A stretch of DNA of 64,000 nt from Perkinsus chesapeaki ATCC PRA-425 (GCA_013115145.1 JAAPAO010000049.1:39204-103203); one strand, 5' to 3'; counted from the stretch's first letter, positions 11,438 to 20,962 are shown. Notes: generated by a model not told the origin, from the sequence alone. Translations and numbers: made by a program.

Positions 11438-12564
11438 TGATTTCGAACTGAAATTAACCTGAAATATGCTATACTTAAAACAAAGCACGCTTATAGAGAT
11501 AAGACAAGCATCTCCTTTCCCTAGGTTCAATCCGATCTCATCACTCAAAAAGCAAAGATGGCAATAACGGGGCTAGAAAAGCAACGATAGTCTACACTTA
11601 GGTAATACCGCCCGATTCACCTAGAGCAATTCGAGAAGCGCAGCTTGGAGGCTCCGAATCAACTACCATATAGCCTGTGTAGGAGGGTGGAAAATCCCCA
11701 AGAAGAGCTCACTCTTCGCCAAGCAAGGGCTGCGAAGATCGCCCTAGTGTACGCGTGCTGTACCCCACATCCACGCGCACAACAATCTGTACAGTAATGG
11801 TTTGACTAAAAACATAGATAATTAATGATGTACGAGTGATCACTACCGACTACAACGAGATGTGTGCCTTAAAGTATTGCCCAGGATTACTCCTAGTAAC
11901 TGCTCATTCTATCGTAATGTTTGGGGTTTGGATGCGTCACGGACTAACGCATGCGTGCAAATACCGTTGTGACAGCAAAAGCGGTCTACTTCTTGGGTAC
12001 TAGTACTGATCTTATATCAGCGCGAAAATGCGTGTTCTTGGCTAATACAATCAGACGAGGAAGTAATATTCTTAGTCACAGAAGTGTTCCAAATACAATA
12101 TACCACCGAAACGGTAATCACGGCAATAGCTCAACTAAAGGGTATTCTCGAGGCCAATACTCTAGGCTGAGCCCTGGGATTTCTCCAACCCAACCACCTG
12201 TGGAAGACTAACTCAAGAGGACTTTAGTAAGGAACACAGTAGATGAAACAGTTAAGCAGTAACAACAGTAGTAGGATATTCTACAACTGATGAATCAGCA
12301 AATAGCCCCCCATGACCCTAGGCCAAAAGAGGGCATTGTTGTGCTGGCTTTCCATAGGAAAAGTGTTTACCATCATACAGCGACGGCAGCGCTCTTTGTA
12401 GCATCGGTACAGGTACATGACGGACGAGCAGAACTCCGAACGTCAAAGACCGGTGCTACTGGGGATAGACAAAACGAGACCGAACCAGAAACGAATCAGG
12501 ATCGACAATTTTGTGAATTGATTGAAAAGATGCTGTAAAATGTTAATGGTGGTTGTGGATTTAG

Positions 12565-13797
12565 TTACGCGCACAGCTCCTTTATAGCCGCATACACACC
12601 GAATCCAGAACCTATTACAGAGATGAACATCAGAAAACAAAGGAAAAGCGTAAATGCAATCCATTTAGGAGATCCAAAAATCTTCTCGCCTTTCAAATGA
12701 GAAAGGCGTAGATAGAAAACTGATGGATAAATATTGTGGATTAGCGAGAAACAAATAGACCCAAGTAGATTGATAAGAGCTGAGAAGCTTGGAACAAATA
12801 TCGCTACCAGAACGGTAACGGCGACTAGGCAACTTCTAAGCAAGACCGATCTCACAATCTGATTACTCTTGATACCAACCCATTCCTCAAATATTCTGCA
12901 CGCCGGATTCATCATAACAACATAATGTGTGGCACAGACTATAAGTATACCGACAATGCAAGTTGTAGCAACTGCAGAGTTATTACCAGGGACTGGTGCC
13001 ATAGCAGTAATGATAGTATCAAAATGCAATAGCTCTTGTCCCCAACCAATATACCCTGCTAATGATGCTAATAAGAATAGCATGATTAGACAGATAAAAG
13101 ATACCAAAAGGACCTTCGATTGTGCTTCAGGATGTTGCATATCCTTTAGAATAGTAGTGGTAGTACTCGTTACCGCATAAGAAAACGTCAACGTAGAAAA
13201 CGTTGTACCGAGCCCAACTATCGAAATTGGAGCTGCCCGGTACGGTACGGCTTCTGTAGTCTCGACTCGCTCCTGGACACCCGCAATTATAATCATGATC
13301 AAGACCACGACAACCGCCGCCACGCCCACAGTACCACTGAAATAACCAACTTGTTTCATAGTCCGCAGACAAGCTAATGGTAGCATTATAGCCGTCCATA
13401 TCAGTATCCAATACGTTTGGCTTATCTCTGGGGCTAGGAGAACAGAGTTCTGTCCCAATAGTAACATGAGTAGGCATCCAGTGCCCACAAGGGCAACATT
13501 TAATGCGATAGTAACCGCCATCATTCCCGGATATCCGAACGCATCCCGTCCAATATCCTCATAATTACGAGTACAGGGGTTCATACATTTCCGAAGCAAA
13601 TGGGCGTCCAGTAGACCCTCCGCCCCACATGCTACCAGAAGGATAAACCCTAGAACGTACCCGGCTTGAGCTATCGCTCCTGGGAGACCAAGCAGACCAA
13701 CACCGATACCGGTGAGAATTATATTCACTATGGCCGAAAAATTCGACTGACCGGTTTCTTCTACCGAAATCTTACTGGTTTCCGATGATATTGACAT
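12565..13797 (-). CDS. AAAP amino-acid transporter, copy 4, intronless
   Basis: ORF 12565-13890 (likely ATG at 13797). Motifs GVGLLGLPGA, YEDIGRDAFG, DMQHP, GSICFS. Confidence 0.9.
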   Translation of the reverse strand: MSISSETSKISVEETGQSNFSAIVNIILTGIGVGLLGLPGAIAQAGYVLGFILLVACGAEGLLDAHLLRKCMNPCTRNYEDIGRDAFGYPGMMAVTIALNVALVGTGCLLMLLLGQNSVLLAPEISQTYWILIWTAIMLPLACLRTMKQVGYFSGTVGVAAVVVVLIMIIIAGVQERVETTEAVPYRAAPISIVGLGTTFSTLTFSYAVTSTTTTILKDMQHPEAQSKVLLVSFICLIMLFLLASLAGYIGWGQELLHFDTIITAMAPVPGNNSAVATTCIVGILIVCATHYVVMMNPACRIFEEWVGIKSNQIVRSVLLRSCLVAVTVLVAIFVPSFSALINLLGSICFSLIHNIYPSVFYLRLSHLKGEKIFGSPKWIAFTLFLCFLMFISVIGSGFGVYAAIKELCA

Positions 13798-14241
13798 AAT
13801 AAAGGAAGTAACGTAACTGAATCTAGAAGAGGTGCAAATGTGTAAACGCCCAGCAAAAGTAATGCGGCAAATGCAATGGAACGCCATCACACAAACGACA
13901 ACGAATAAGCCCGCAGCCTAGTGTTCAAATGTGTACAAGGCTTTTAGCTAAGGAAAATCCATTGTATTCTCAGGACACAAATATATGAGCTGGCAAGGCA
14001 GCTCTCCGAAACCTGATGGTCTTCGAAGGATCTAGACAAACACCTGGTAATATTTAACGCGAACACGGGTTCCCACCAGCCCCAATGCTACTGGCACTGC
14101 AAACGGAACCGCATTGGAAGAGGAGCGTCACCGTGCAACTCACACGTCAATCTCGCGCGCCTCGAATATAGGATTTAACAGCGCTACTTCCATCTCGCTC
14201 GCCTGAAACTATCATATGTATTGTCACGGAAATCTTAAGGA

Positions 14242-14491
14242 TGATGGGATTCGCCATAACTGGTAACTCAATGCCGCTAGGCGCAAGTAAAACTAGCTAC
14301 AAATGATCTTATACTCAACTATCTTCAGATCTATATCATCTAGATACCCATTATCGAAGGCCACGGTTACAATATTGGGCGAGCGAGATCTAATAATAGT
14401 CCCAGGAAACCAATGCCGACGGTTGACACCGTTTAGCATAATATAAGCGACCGATATCCGCTGGCCAATCATGAGACTGGGAGTCTCATCG
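14242..14491 (-). repeat. 3' LTR (inner boundary 14488 or 14491); overlaps the last ~66 codons of the integrase ORF
   Basis: Matches 20947-21195 except at 3 transitions (gctag/gttag, ctagc/ctaac, ctggg/ctagg). Confidence 0.92.
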
Positions 14492-16209
14492 CGCCCCCCT
14501 TGTGGGCCTCCACAAGCATCAGACGGGATCTTCCATTGCACCGCATCCAAGCGTATCATAACAGGGGTATTGTCATTACCATCCAAGAACCATACCCATA
14601 GTTTATTGGAATAATCGCAAGGATCGTATGTCACTCTAGCGGATCGCCAAGCGGAAGTGGAGTCCATTTTAACATCAATATACATACCTTCTCGAGAAAC
14701 AACAGCAGAACCATCGCACGGATAAGGGTACAACATAACAATATTGTAAAGGTTCTCGGTAGTGACCAAGCCATTTGCCAACCTTACTTTGACACGCCGT
14801 CCCGAGATGCACTCGATGATATGGCCCATCCGAAAACTCATACCGAGCTTACGGCCTCCCATATAGACCAAAACACAATCTCCAGGACGAAAGGTGCCTC
14901 GGACTTTACCGTCGCAAGCAGTAGATCGGCATTTCTGAGCAACAGCGGTGAGGGAACGGTCTTTGAGATCACGCCACAGCCACTGCATAAAACAGTTCCT
15001 AACCGCGCGAACGCGATTGGGACACAACGACTCGTGACCATTAGCAGATTCTTGGACCGCCTCGACACAGCCCCGCGACCGAGTACGGCCACAGTGCAAA
15101 CTATCTGGAGTGATGATATCGGCGCCTTCCTCAGAAACATAGAAGCTGCCCAGAGGGCGAGTGTTCAGCAGTAACATTACCTCCTCCAGTAGCTCATCCT
15201 GCGCGTCCGCATTCTCCGGCCAACGCCCCGCAGTATGGCGCAACATCACTCGCAAACGGTCACTAGCAATGCCGTGAAGCTTCTCGGATCCGAGCTCCCA
15301 AGGCGCCCGGCTGGAAATCAGCTCGACCCGAGCATTGATCTCAGAGCTGACTTTAGAGACAAAATTCTCCTCAGTCCGGAAATAACTAGCACGATCACAC
15401 ACCACGATAGCAACGGAACCAGTGCGTAACTTGAGCAATCGAAGAACACGGAGAGCTTCACGAGCGGTCTCGCTAGAGACTCTAAAAAGGCTTATGTGCT
15501 TACTATACAAACAGCAAGCCGACATAACTTTCCATTTATCCCCCACCGAGTAGAAGTCTATAGCAACCTTATAGTAAGTAGGCATCCTCGCCAGGAATGT
15601 TTCATCGGAGTGACCAACAGAAGGAAGCTGTGTCCAATCCCGTCTCGCACGCAGGATCTTACAAACGTGGCACTGAGCCACTAGGTCCTTCATTTGCCGG
15701 CCACAACCATCCATATGAAACATAGTACACCGCGACAAAGAATCTCGCACCCCAGCATGTCGACAAGCTCGATGGCCATCAAGAAGAATCTTTCGCCTCA
15801 CAGAATCTGCTGCCCTAGGTATAACATAACGGAGGACTTGAGTACCATAGGGACTACCCGAGCGAAAGACAACTAAACCATCAGCATCGCACAATAAGGG
15901 GCCACACGCGGGACCTTTGCCAGCTCGAATCTCCTGACATCGCACATCATCAGCTTGAGCATTTGCCACTACAACTTTACGATCGTCATCACTAAACATA
16001 TGGGGGTATTCCAGACCATTGGCCTCTCCGCCCCCCTTGACATTCCACTTTAATAGGTGAATGACAAAACGTAAGGCTTTAAACGAATGACAAATAGCAT
16101 CAAAGCTGAACGACTGCTTAGCCACACGATTAGACAGACTTGTCGTCTCATCAGACCGATCAGTCTCAGCAAACCGAATGTAGTCCTCGACCAGTTGGTC
16201 AACCAAGGG
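14293..16209 (-). CDS. Integrase (HHCC, DDE core, SH3-like C-terminal domain) followed by two Tudor-like domains
   Basis: GHRACRHAG...QCHVC; VAIDFY; VVCDRASYF; APWELGSEKL; LLNTRPL; FRPGDCVLV. Then two repeats of the pattern G.xI.V...W..xxV/I....xxV.FxxG...I.L...W/YKI. Confidence 0.88.
   Translation of the reverse strand, partial: PLVDQLVEDYIRFAETDRSDETTSLSNRVAKQSFSFDAICHSFKALRFVIHLLKWNVKGGGEANGLEYPHMFSDDDRKVVVANAQADDVRCQEIRAGKGPACGPLLCDADGLVVFRSGSPYGTQVLRYVIPRAADSVRRKILLDGHRACRHAGVRDSLSRCTMFHMDGCGRQMKDLVAQCHVCKILRARRDWTQLPSVGHSDETFLARMPTYYKVAIDFYSVGDKWKVMSACCLYSKHISLFRVSSETAREALRVLRLLKLRTGSVAIVVCDRASYFRTEENFVSKVSSEINARVELISSRAPWELGSEKLHGIASDRLRVMLRHTAGRWPENADAQDELLEEVMLLLNTRPLGSFYVSEEGADIITPDSLHCGRTRSRGCVEAVQESANGHESLCPNRVRAVRNCFMQWLWRDLKDRSLTAVAQKCRSTACDGKVRGTFRPGDCVLVYMGGRKLGMSFRMGHIIECISGRRVKVRLANGLVTTENLYNIVMLYPYPCDGSAVVSREGMYIDVKMDSTSAWRSARVTYDPCDYSNKLWVWFLDGNDNTPVMIRLDAVQWKIPSDACGGPQGGRDETPSLMIGQRISVAYIMLNGVNRRHWFPGTIIRSRSPNIVTVAFDNGYLDDIDLKIVEYKIICS
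14489..14502 (-). other. Polypurine tract next to the 3' LTR, lying inside the integrase ORF
   Basis: The minus strand reads AAGGGGGGCGCGA directly before the LTR repeat and encodes QGGRD. Confidence 0.7.
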
Positions 16210-18974
16210 CTACATTCGGTTTCATGACCAACTTGGTCATGAACCTCATCGTTCACAGAAACTAGATATGAGACTTTATCAACAAGTGGCTGCTCATAAT
16301 GGGGTTGCCACTCAGAGTCTAGAGGATCTTCTGTGTGGTCGAAGATTGCCCAGGCATTGCTGCCTCGCATAGGATCACGAGCAACCTCTTCGTCAAGACC
16401 ACCTTCGTCACACAAACACTGATGTAACGATAATCCAGACGCAACCAATCGCGCCTCAAAGACTCTTGAAAGTAAGTCTGCCTCGTCGTTGCGGGAACCC
16501 TCGATGTGATGAACAGAGACATCTGAGAGCTCACGCATTCGTGATAACTCAGCCAGTAATCCACTCACTAACCTGGATAATACTCGGCGCTCGACCCCCC
16601 GAGACTCTTTGAGGAGATCAGCGCTATCGCAGGAAGTGGCCCACCGGACACATGACAGATTATCACAATAGATCTCAACCTTGATGCGACCCTCAACACT
16701 TGTGGTAGATGAGACTCCAGTAACACTTTGCCTGTACTCGAGGAAGTCGACAATCATCTGAGTCATCCTTAAAAGGACAACCAACTCGCGACGATTCGAG
16801 TGCCAGTTTACCTCGCTCTTCTTAAATCGGTAGACTTCACTGAAGAGACGAGTGGCGTCAGCAAAGGCTACAATACCACCACCAGATGAAGACGCATCGC
16901 AGTAGCAACGGAGAACGATCGGGCTGGCTTCGATTGGCCTAACCTCGGAAGTGTGCCGGCAGGTTTCCCTAACCAGCTCTTCCATCCAATCTAGCATACA
17001 CCGGAAAGCCGCATAAGCATTGTCGGTCAGACGAGAAAGATCAATCTGGGTGTCCCAAGGCTCTCTGTGAAAACATCGAGCAATAAGCGACCGGATAGCA
17101 TCGCCACAACCCCTAGCATATGGGTGTTGCTTCCCAGGGTCGTAGCTTAGACACCCACCGGCCTTGAAAACATCAATCTTGCTGACCTGAGCTGTCGTGC
17201 GACAACGCTCAATGAACGAAACCACCACAGCCAATCGTTTCTCTCGTTGACATGTCAATACTATTAAACTGCTCTCGTAACGGACTCGCATGCCGAGGAA
17301 GGAACCCTCGCTAGCAACAGCGATCTCGACACCGCATTCAGAGAGCAACGAAAGTAGTTGATGCTGTTTGTCTTCTGTAACCATTATGAACACTTTCCGC
17401 ATCTGTACATCAAACCCCGCCCGAAGGAGGAGACATAACAGCAACTTGAACATAAAGACGACCACGCGGATGGTTCCGGAGATGGCCATATCATCCACAA
17501 ACAACATCAACATCAACGTCCAGAGCTGTTGCAAAAGCAAAGCACACAGCTGCTGGATTCGGTGAAAATCTATAGACCGGGCAGAGCATACCAACCGACC
17601 AAGAGAGCCAGAGAGCCCACAGGGCCCAAAGACCACTCCGAAACATAAACGGCATGAGGCAAACAATTCACCGGTCCCTGACCGAAGGTGTAAAACGTTG
17701 TTCACACATCGGCATTTGTAAAAGGCTGCCCGAGCATCCAGAAGGAAGGTACACTCTCTGGACTCTGCTCGCAGTAATGCGATAGGGTGAAATAACAATG
17801 GCACATCACTGCTAGCGGGCGGTAACGCCTTATTTACACAACGGAAATCCACGACCAAACGGCTTTTGCGAGAGGTAGTTGGTGGTATGAGAAAAACCTG
17901 AGCGGCTGCTGCCGACTCGCCGACCCCCTTCACGGAGCACTCAGTACTCGAGGTCGGGATCCACCAACGAGAAAGGACATACTCTTGAACTAGCCGGCGA
18001 TACTCGCTTTTTAAAGGATCACTCAAGCGAGAATATAACGACGCCGCATAGGAACGACCTTTCTCCTGTACCGTCTTGGGTGTTGGAACCCAGATCTCAC
18101 AAACATGAGTCTGCTCCACGACATCCGTCGTTTCACAAGGAGCGAGCTCACGAACCCTGCTCTTGTAAGCACCGTTGGTCTTAGGGATAACCTTCCACCC
18201 TTCATGGACAACTTGGCTCAGGATTTCATCGACAATACCTGACTCGTGCGGTTGAAGATCGGCACGAAGAACTCGGTCAGGCTTGCTCGGAACGGTCGAT
18301 GATGAATCCACACAACCATGAGTGGTAGAAATAAAACCTTCATCCTTGTAGTCACCGATGTTATTTAGGACATCTATATCTAGCTCTACGACTTGTGCTA
18401 CTGAGCCTAGACCACCGAATTCTTCGGGAGAGTCACTCTGACGGTAAACACACTCCCCACCGACATGCATATAGGTCGCTCCTCGAGACTCTAACCCCCA
18501 CTCTTCGATAAGCTGTCGGCCAGCAAGGACCAATAACTCATCGTTAGGAACAACACCAGGAGATGGGAGTATACGGAGCTCACAGTCGACGAATTCGGAT
18601 ACCAAGGTTCTAGACTCAAAGCCGTAGACAGCTATTTTACAATCAATCTGATGCTGGATGGCCACTCTCTGACCGTTCGCCATGGCAACGAGGGTGCTAC
18701 CCCCGGTACCATTAACCGAACAGCCAATAGCATCAAGAGCCACTATGGCTTTATCTACACTTGATACTAATAAATAAGGCCGGCCAGCACCGGAATCTAC
18801 TACGCATCGTGCCTCCAAGAATGGAGAATCAGATGCAAAACGTGCAGGACTAATTCGCACCCTCAAAGACATCTCGGGTGGTACAGGAGTTAAAAGGGAA
18901 ATAACATCAAAAATAGAAGAAGTCGGATGTCCGAGAGCTAATGTATCACTAGGCACATCGCCCTCATCATTCAT
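16050..18974 (-). CDS. Pol: aspartic protease, reverse transcriptase and RNase H (in the -1 frame relative to gag)
   Basis: VVDSGAGRPY; RLVVDFRCVN, LDARAAFY, LCFGVVFGP, FVDD; RCYCDASS, HSNRREL, YCDNLSCVRW, HHIEGSRNDEADLLSR. Confidence 0.92.
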   Translation of the reverse strand: MNDEGDVPSDTLALGHPTSSIFDVISLLTPVPPEMSLRVRISPARFASDSPFLEARCVVDSGAGRPYLLVSSVDKAIVALDAIGCSVNGTGGSTLVAMANGQRVAIQHQIDCKIAVYGFESRTLVSEFVDCELRILPSPGVVPNDELLVLAGRQLIEEWGLESRGATYMHVGGECVYRQSDSPEEFGGLGSVAQVVELDIDVLNNIGDYKDEGFISTTHGCVDSSSTVPSKPDRVLRADLQPHESGIVDEILSQVVHEGWKVIPKTNGAYKSRVRELAPCETTDVVEQTHVCEIWVPTPKTVQEKGRSYAASLYSRLSDPLKSEYRRLVQEYVLSRWWIPTSSTECSVKGVGESAAAAQVFLIPPTTSRKSRLVVDFRCVNKALPPASSDVPLLFHPIALLRAESRECTFLLDARAAFYKCRCVNNVLHLRSGTGELFASCRLCFGVVFGPCGLSGSLGRLVCSARSIDFHRIQQLCALLLQQLWTLMLMLFVDDMAISGTIRVVVFMFKLLLCLLLRAGFDVQMRKVFIMVTEDKQHQLLSLLSECGVEIAVASEGSFLGMRVRYESSLIVLTCQREKRLAVVVSFIERCRTTAQVSKIDVFKAGGCLSYDPGKQHPYARGCGDAIRSLIARCFHREPWDTQIDLSRLTDNAYAAFRCMLDWMEELVRETCRHTSEVRPIEASPIVLRCYCDASSSGGGIVAFADATRLFSEVYRFKKSEVNWHSNRRELVVLLRMTQMIVDFLEYRQSVTGVSSTTSVEGRIKVEIYCDNLSCVRWATSCDSADLLKESRGVERRVLSRLVSGLLAELSRMRELSDVSVHHIEGSRNDEADLLSRVFEARLVASGLSLHQCLCDEGGLDEEVARDPMRGSNAWAIFDHTEDPLDSEWQPHYEQPLVDKVSYLVSVNDEVHDQVGHETECSPWLTNWSRTTFGLLRLIGLMRRQVCLIVWLSSRSALMLFVIRLKPYVLSFTY

Positions 18975-18979
18975 CCCTT

Positions 18980-20962
18980 CTAGTTTCCCGAACCAGACTT
19001 CTCGCCGCTCTTAACCATTGGGTCGCTCTTGTGGTTACCACTTTCGTCATCTTTCTTGACAAGGTCTTCTATTTCCCATACTCGGAATTTTCCAGATGGG
19101 AGAGAGGATACACTAGATAACCCGCCCTCTCGGTTGTGATAACCAACGATATAATAAGTACGACCGTAACGGTTATGACGAGAAAGAACGCCATCTGGTT
19201 TACACATAGATATCATCTCCTGCTTATTCCTGCAACCATAACCAGTCACGCCAAACGCCGCTGCGTACCGACCACAAAACTCTCTGAAGGCTGACCTCGA
19301 TTTTCCACCTTGGTCGCTAGATTGGTTTTGCTTATCGGTGCCGGGGACACCATGAATGGCCCCGACAGAGTCATTGATTGGCGGTGACCTTTGAGGAATA
19401 ATGCTGTTTGTCTCTTCCATAAGTCTGGCCTCGCTGCGGATGTACTCCACGATAGTGTCCTGAACAAATGGACCAGTGCAATGAAGAGGGACAGCACTTT
19501 CCCAATCGCTGTCTGATGATGCTTTTTGTTTACAGCGACGGATCACACCCTGGACCATATCTCTCGGCAACTTGGATAGAATTTGCCTCACGAACTGGAT
19601 CAACTGGGCATCGGTGGATCCTGCGCTATAAACCACGCGATAAATCTCGCAAGCCGCAACCACTTCCTTCAAATATGAATCGATGTCCCTGGCGGACTTG
19701 AACTTGAGTCCAGAGACAATGGAAGTGAGTTTCTCCACGAGAACACTCCTGCGAGCATGAACAGCCATACATGCCTGCTTTATAGCAGTCCAATCATTCC
19801 CATTGGTATTGTAAGTCCTCTTGGCAGTATCAAGAACATCAGGACACTTCTCTAAAGTGTTGAGGAATTTTTGGACACAGGCATGCTTTAGACCAAAATG
19901 GGGTTGAAAGTTACCGTTCTCGTCATAAAAACCACCACCAGCCTCATATAAAACTTCTTCAATCCTCAGCGCATGCTGGGCAAACTCATGGCTCTTGCCC
20001 AACGATTGAGTAGCAATTTTTCCAACATCTGCAGATTCGCACTTCTTGGGAAGATTCTGAACATTCACTCTTGGAGCTTCGACATTGGACGCTGAGTCGC
20101 CCGGGTACACATCACGCTGATGATCAGGGGAAGCTGATAACATAAGAGCCCTTGAAGCTTGGCTAGACTGGTGATAACTCATTGCCGATGCCCCAACTGC
20201 TATTACCGGAGATCCGCTAGGATCTATTGGTAAAGCTACTGGTTGCAAGGAACCCGGTAGAGGGACACCTTGCTGAATAGGAGCTTGATGAGGAACAGCT
20301 GGTCTATGAAACACTTGTTGGGGAACACTTTGTTGAAGAGCAGCTTGTTGATAAACAGCTTGTTGATGAAAGACTTGTTGTGCCGGAAGACTGTAACGAT
20401 CCTGTTGTGACACTGCTGAACGTGCTTGAAGTTCTCCACTTCGTCTCGATAAGGTAGAATGAACACTATCAATACGACCTTGATTGAGCACTTGTTGAGT
20501 AGCACTGCTCGGGGCAGGTGGTGTAACGTATTGACGAATTATACCAGAGTTCGAAGAGGAAACTCTAGAGGCATTTGACCGTCCCAATGCTTGGGAATTT
20601 AACTCGGTCAACTGATCATGCCTCAACTCCAAGGCTATCACGTATGCGCCAGCTTCTTCTAGAACAGCTCGGAGATCAGCTTCTTGCTCTGCGAGAGTAT
20701 CACAAACCCTCTCATCATCTTCACTCACAATAATAATGTTATTAAGTCTCTCAACAACATCACGCAACTTCGATCGAATCTTGCCTCTGTGAATCCTTGC
20801 CTTCTTAAGTTCTTCTCGCAAAGATTCTGGGGAGTCGAATAAGGCGGCTGACTCGATGAACGACGGCCTTCGAATAAGAACAGACGGGCGTTCTTGTACG
20901 CCAGCCGCAGACCCTTCTATCGGGTTCGGATGTGTAGGTGTCGCCATGATGGGATTCGCCAT
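18980..20962 (-). CDS. Gag (coiled-coil N-terminus, Q-rich repeats, capsid-like core, RRM-like C-terminus, no CCHC knuckle)
   Basis: 660-aa ORF directly after the 5' LTR. Capsid-like segment ...FVRQILSKLP. No CX2CX4HX4C motif seen. Confidence 0.8.
   Translation of the reverse strand: MANPIMATPTHPNPIEGSAAGVQERPSVLIRRPSFIESAALFDSPESLREELKKARIHRGKIRSKLRDVVERLNNIIIVSEDDERVCDTLAEQEADLRAVLEEAGAYVIALELRHDQLTELNSQALGRSNASRVSSSNSGIIRQYVTPPAPSSATQQVLNQGRIDSVHSTLSRRSGELQARSAVSQQDRYSLPAQQVFHQQAVYQQAALQQSVPQQVFHRPAVPHQAPIQQGVPLPGSLQPVALPIDPSGSPVIAVGASAMSYHQSSQASRALMLSASPDHQRDVYPGDSASNVEAPRVNVQNLPKKCESADVGKIATQSLGKSHEFAQHALRIEEVLYEAGGGFYDENGNFQPHFGLKHACVQKFLNTLEKCPDVLDTAKRTYNTNGNDWTAIKQACMAVHARRSVLVEKLTSIVSGLKFKSARDIDSYLKEVVAACEIYRVVYSAGSTDAQLIQFVRQILSKLPRDMVQGVIRRCKQKASSDSDWESAVPLHCTGPFVQDTIVEYIRSEARLMEETNSIIPQRSPPINDSVGAIHGVPGTDKQNQSSDQGGKSRSAFREFCGRYAAAFGVTGYGCRNKQEMISMCKPDGVLSRHNRYGRTYYIVGYHNREGGLSSVSSLPSGKFRVWEIEDLVKKDDESGNHKSDPMVKSGEKSGSGN
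18983..18989 (-). other. -1 programmed ribosomal frameshift slippery heptamer G_GGA_AAC at the gag/pol junction
   Basis: The minus strand reads TCG GGA AAC TAG. An X XXY YYZ heptamer sits in the gag frame immediately before the gag stop, and the -1 frame is open into pol (GKLEGMNDEG). Confidence 0.85.
20270..20385 (-). repeat. Imperfect 15-nt tandem repeat encoding QQxxx pentapeptides in Gag
   Basis: Plus-strand units such as acagcttgttgataa / acagcttgttgatga / gcagcttgttgataa encode QQVFH-QQAVY-QQAAL-QQSVP-QQVFH. Confidence 0.75.
20936..20946 (-). other. Primer-binding site TGGCGACACCT
   Basis: Begins with TGG directly after the 5' LTR end. Complementary to a tRNA 3' end ...GGTGTCG-CCA (G discriminator, typical of tRNA-Ser). 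Confidence 0.75.

Noticed and set aside
11550-12540. Short ORFs between transporter copies 3 and 4
   Set aside because: I could not assemble a coherent spliced product or recognise a motif.
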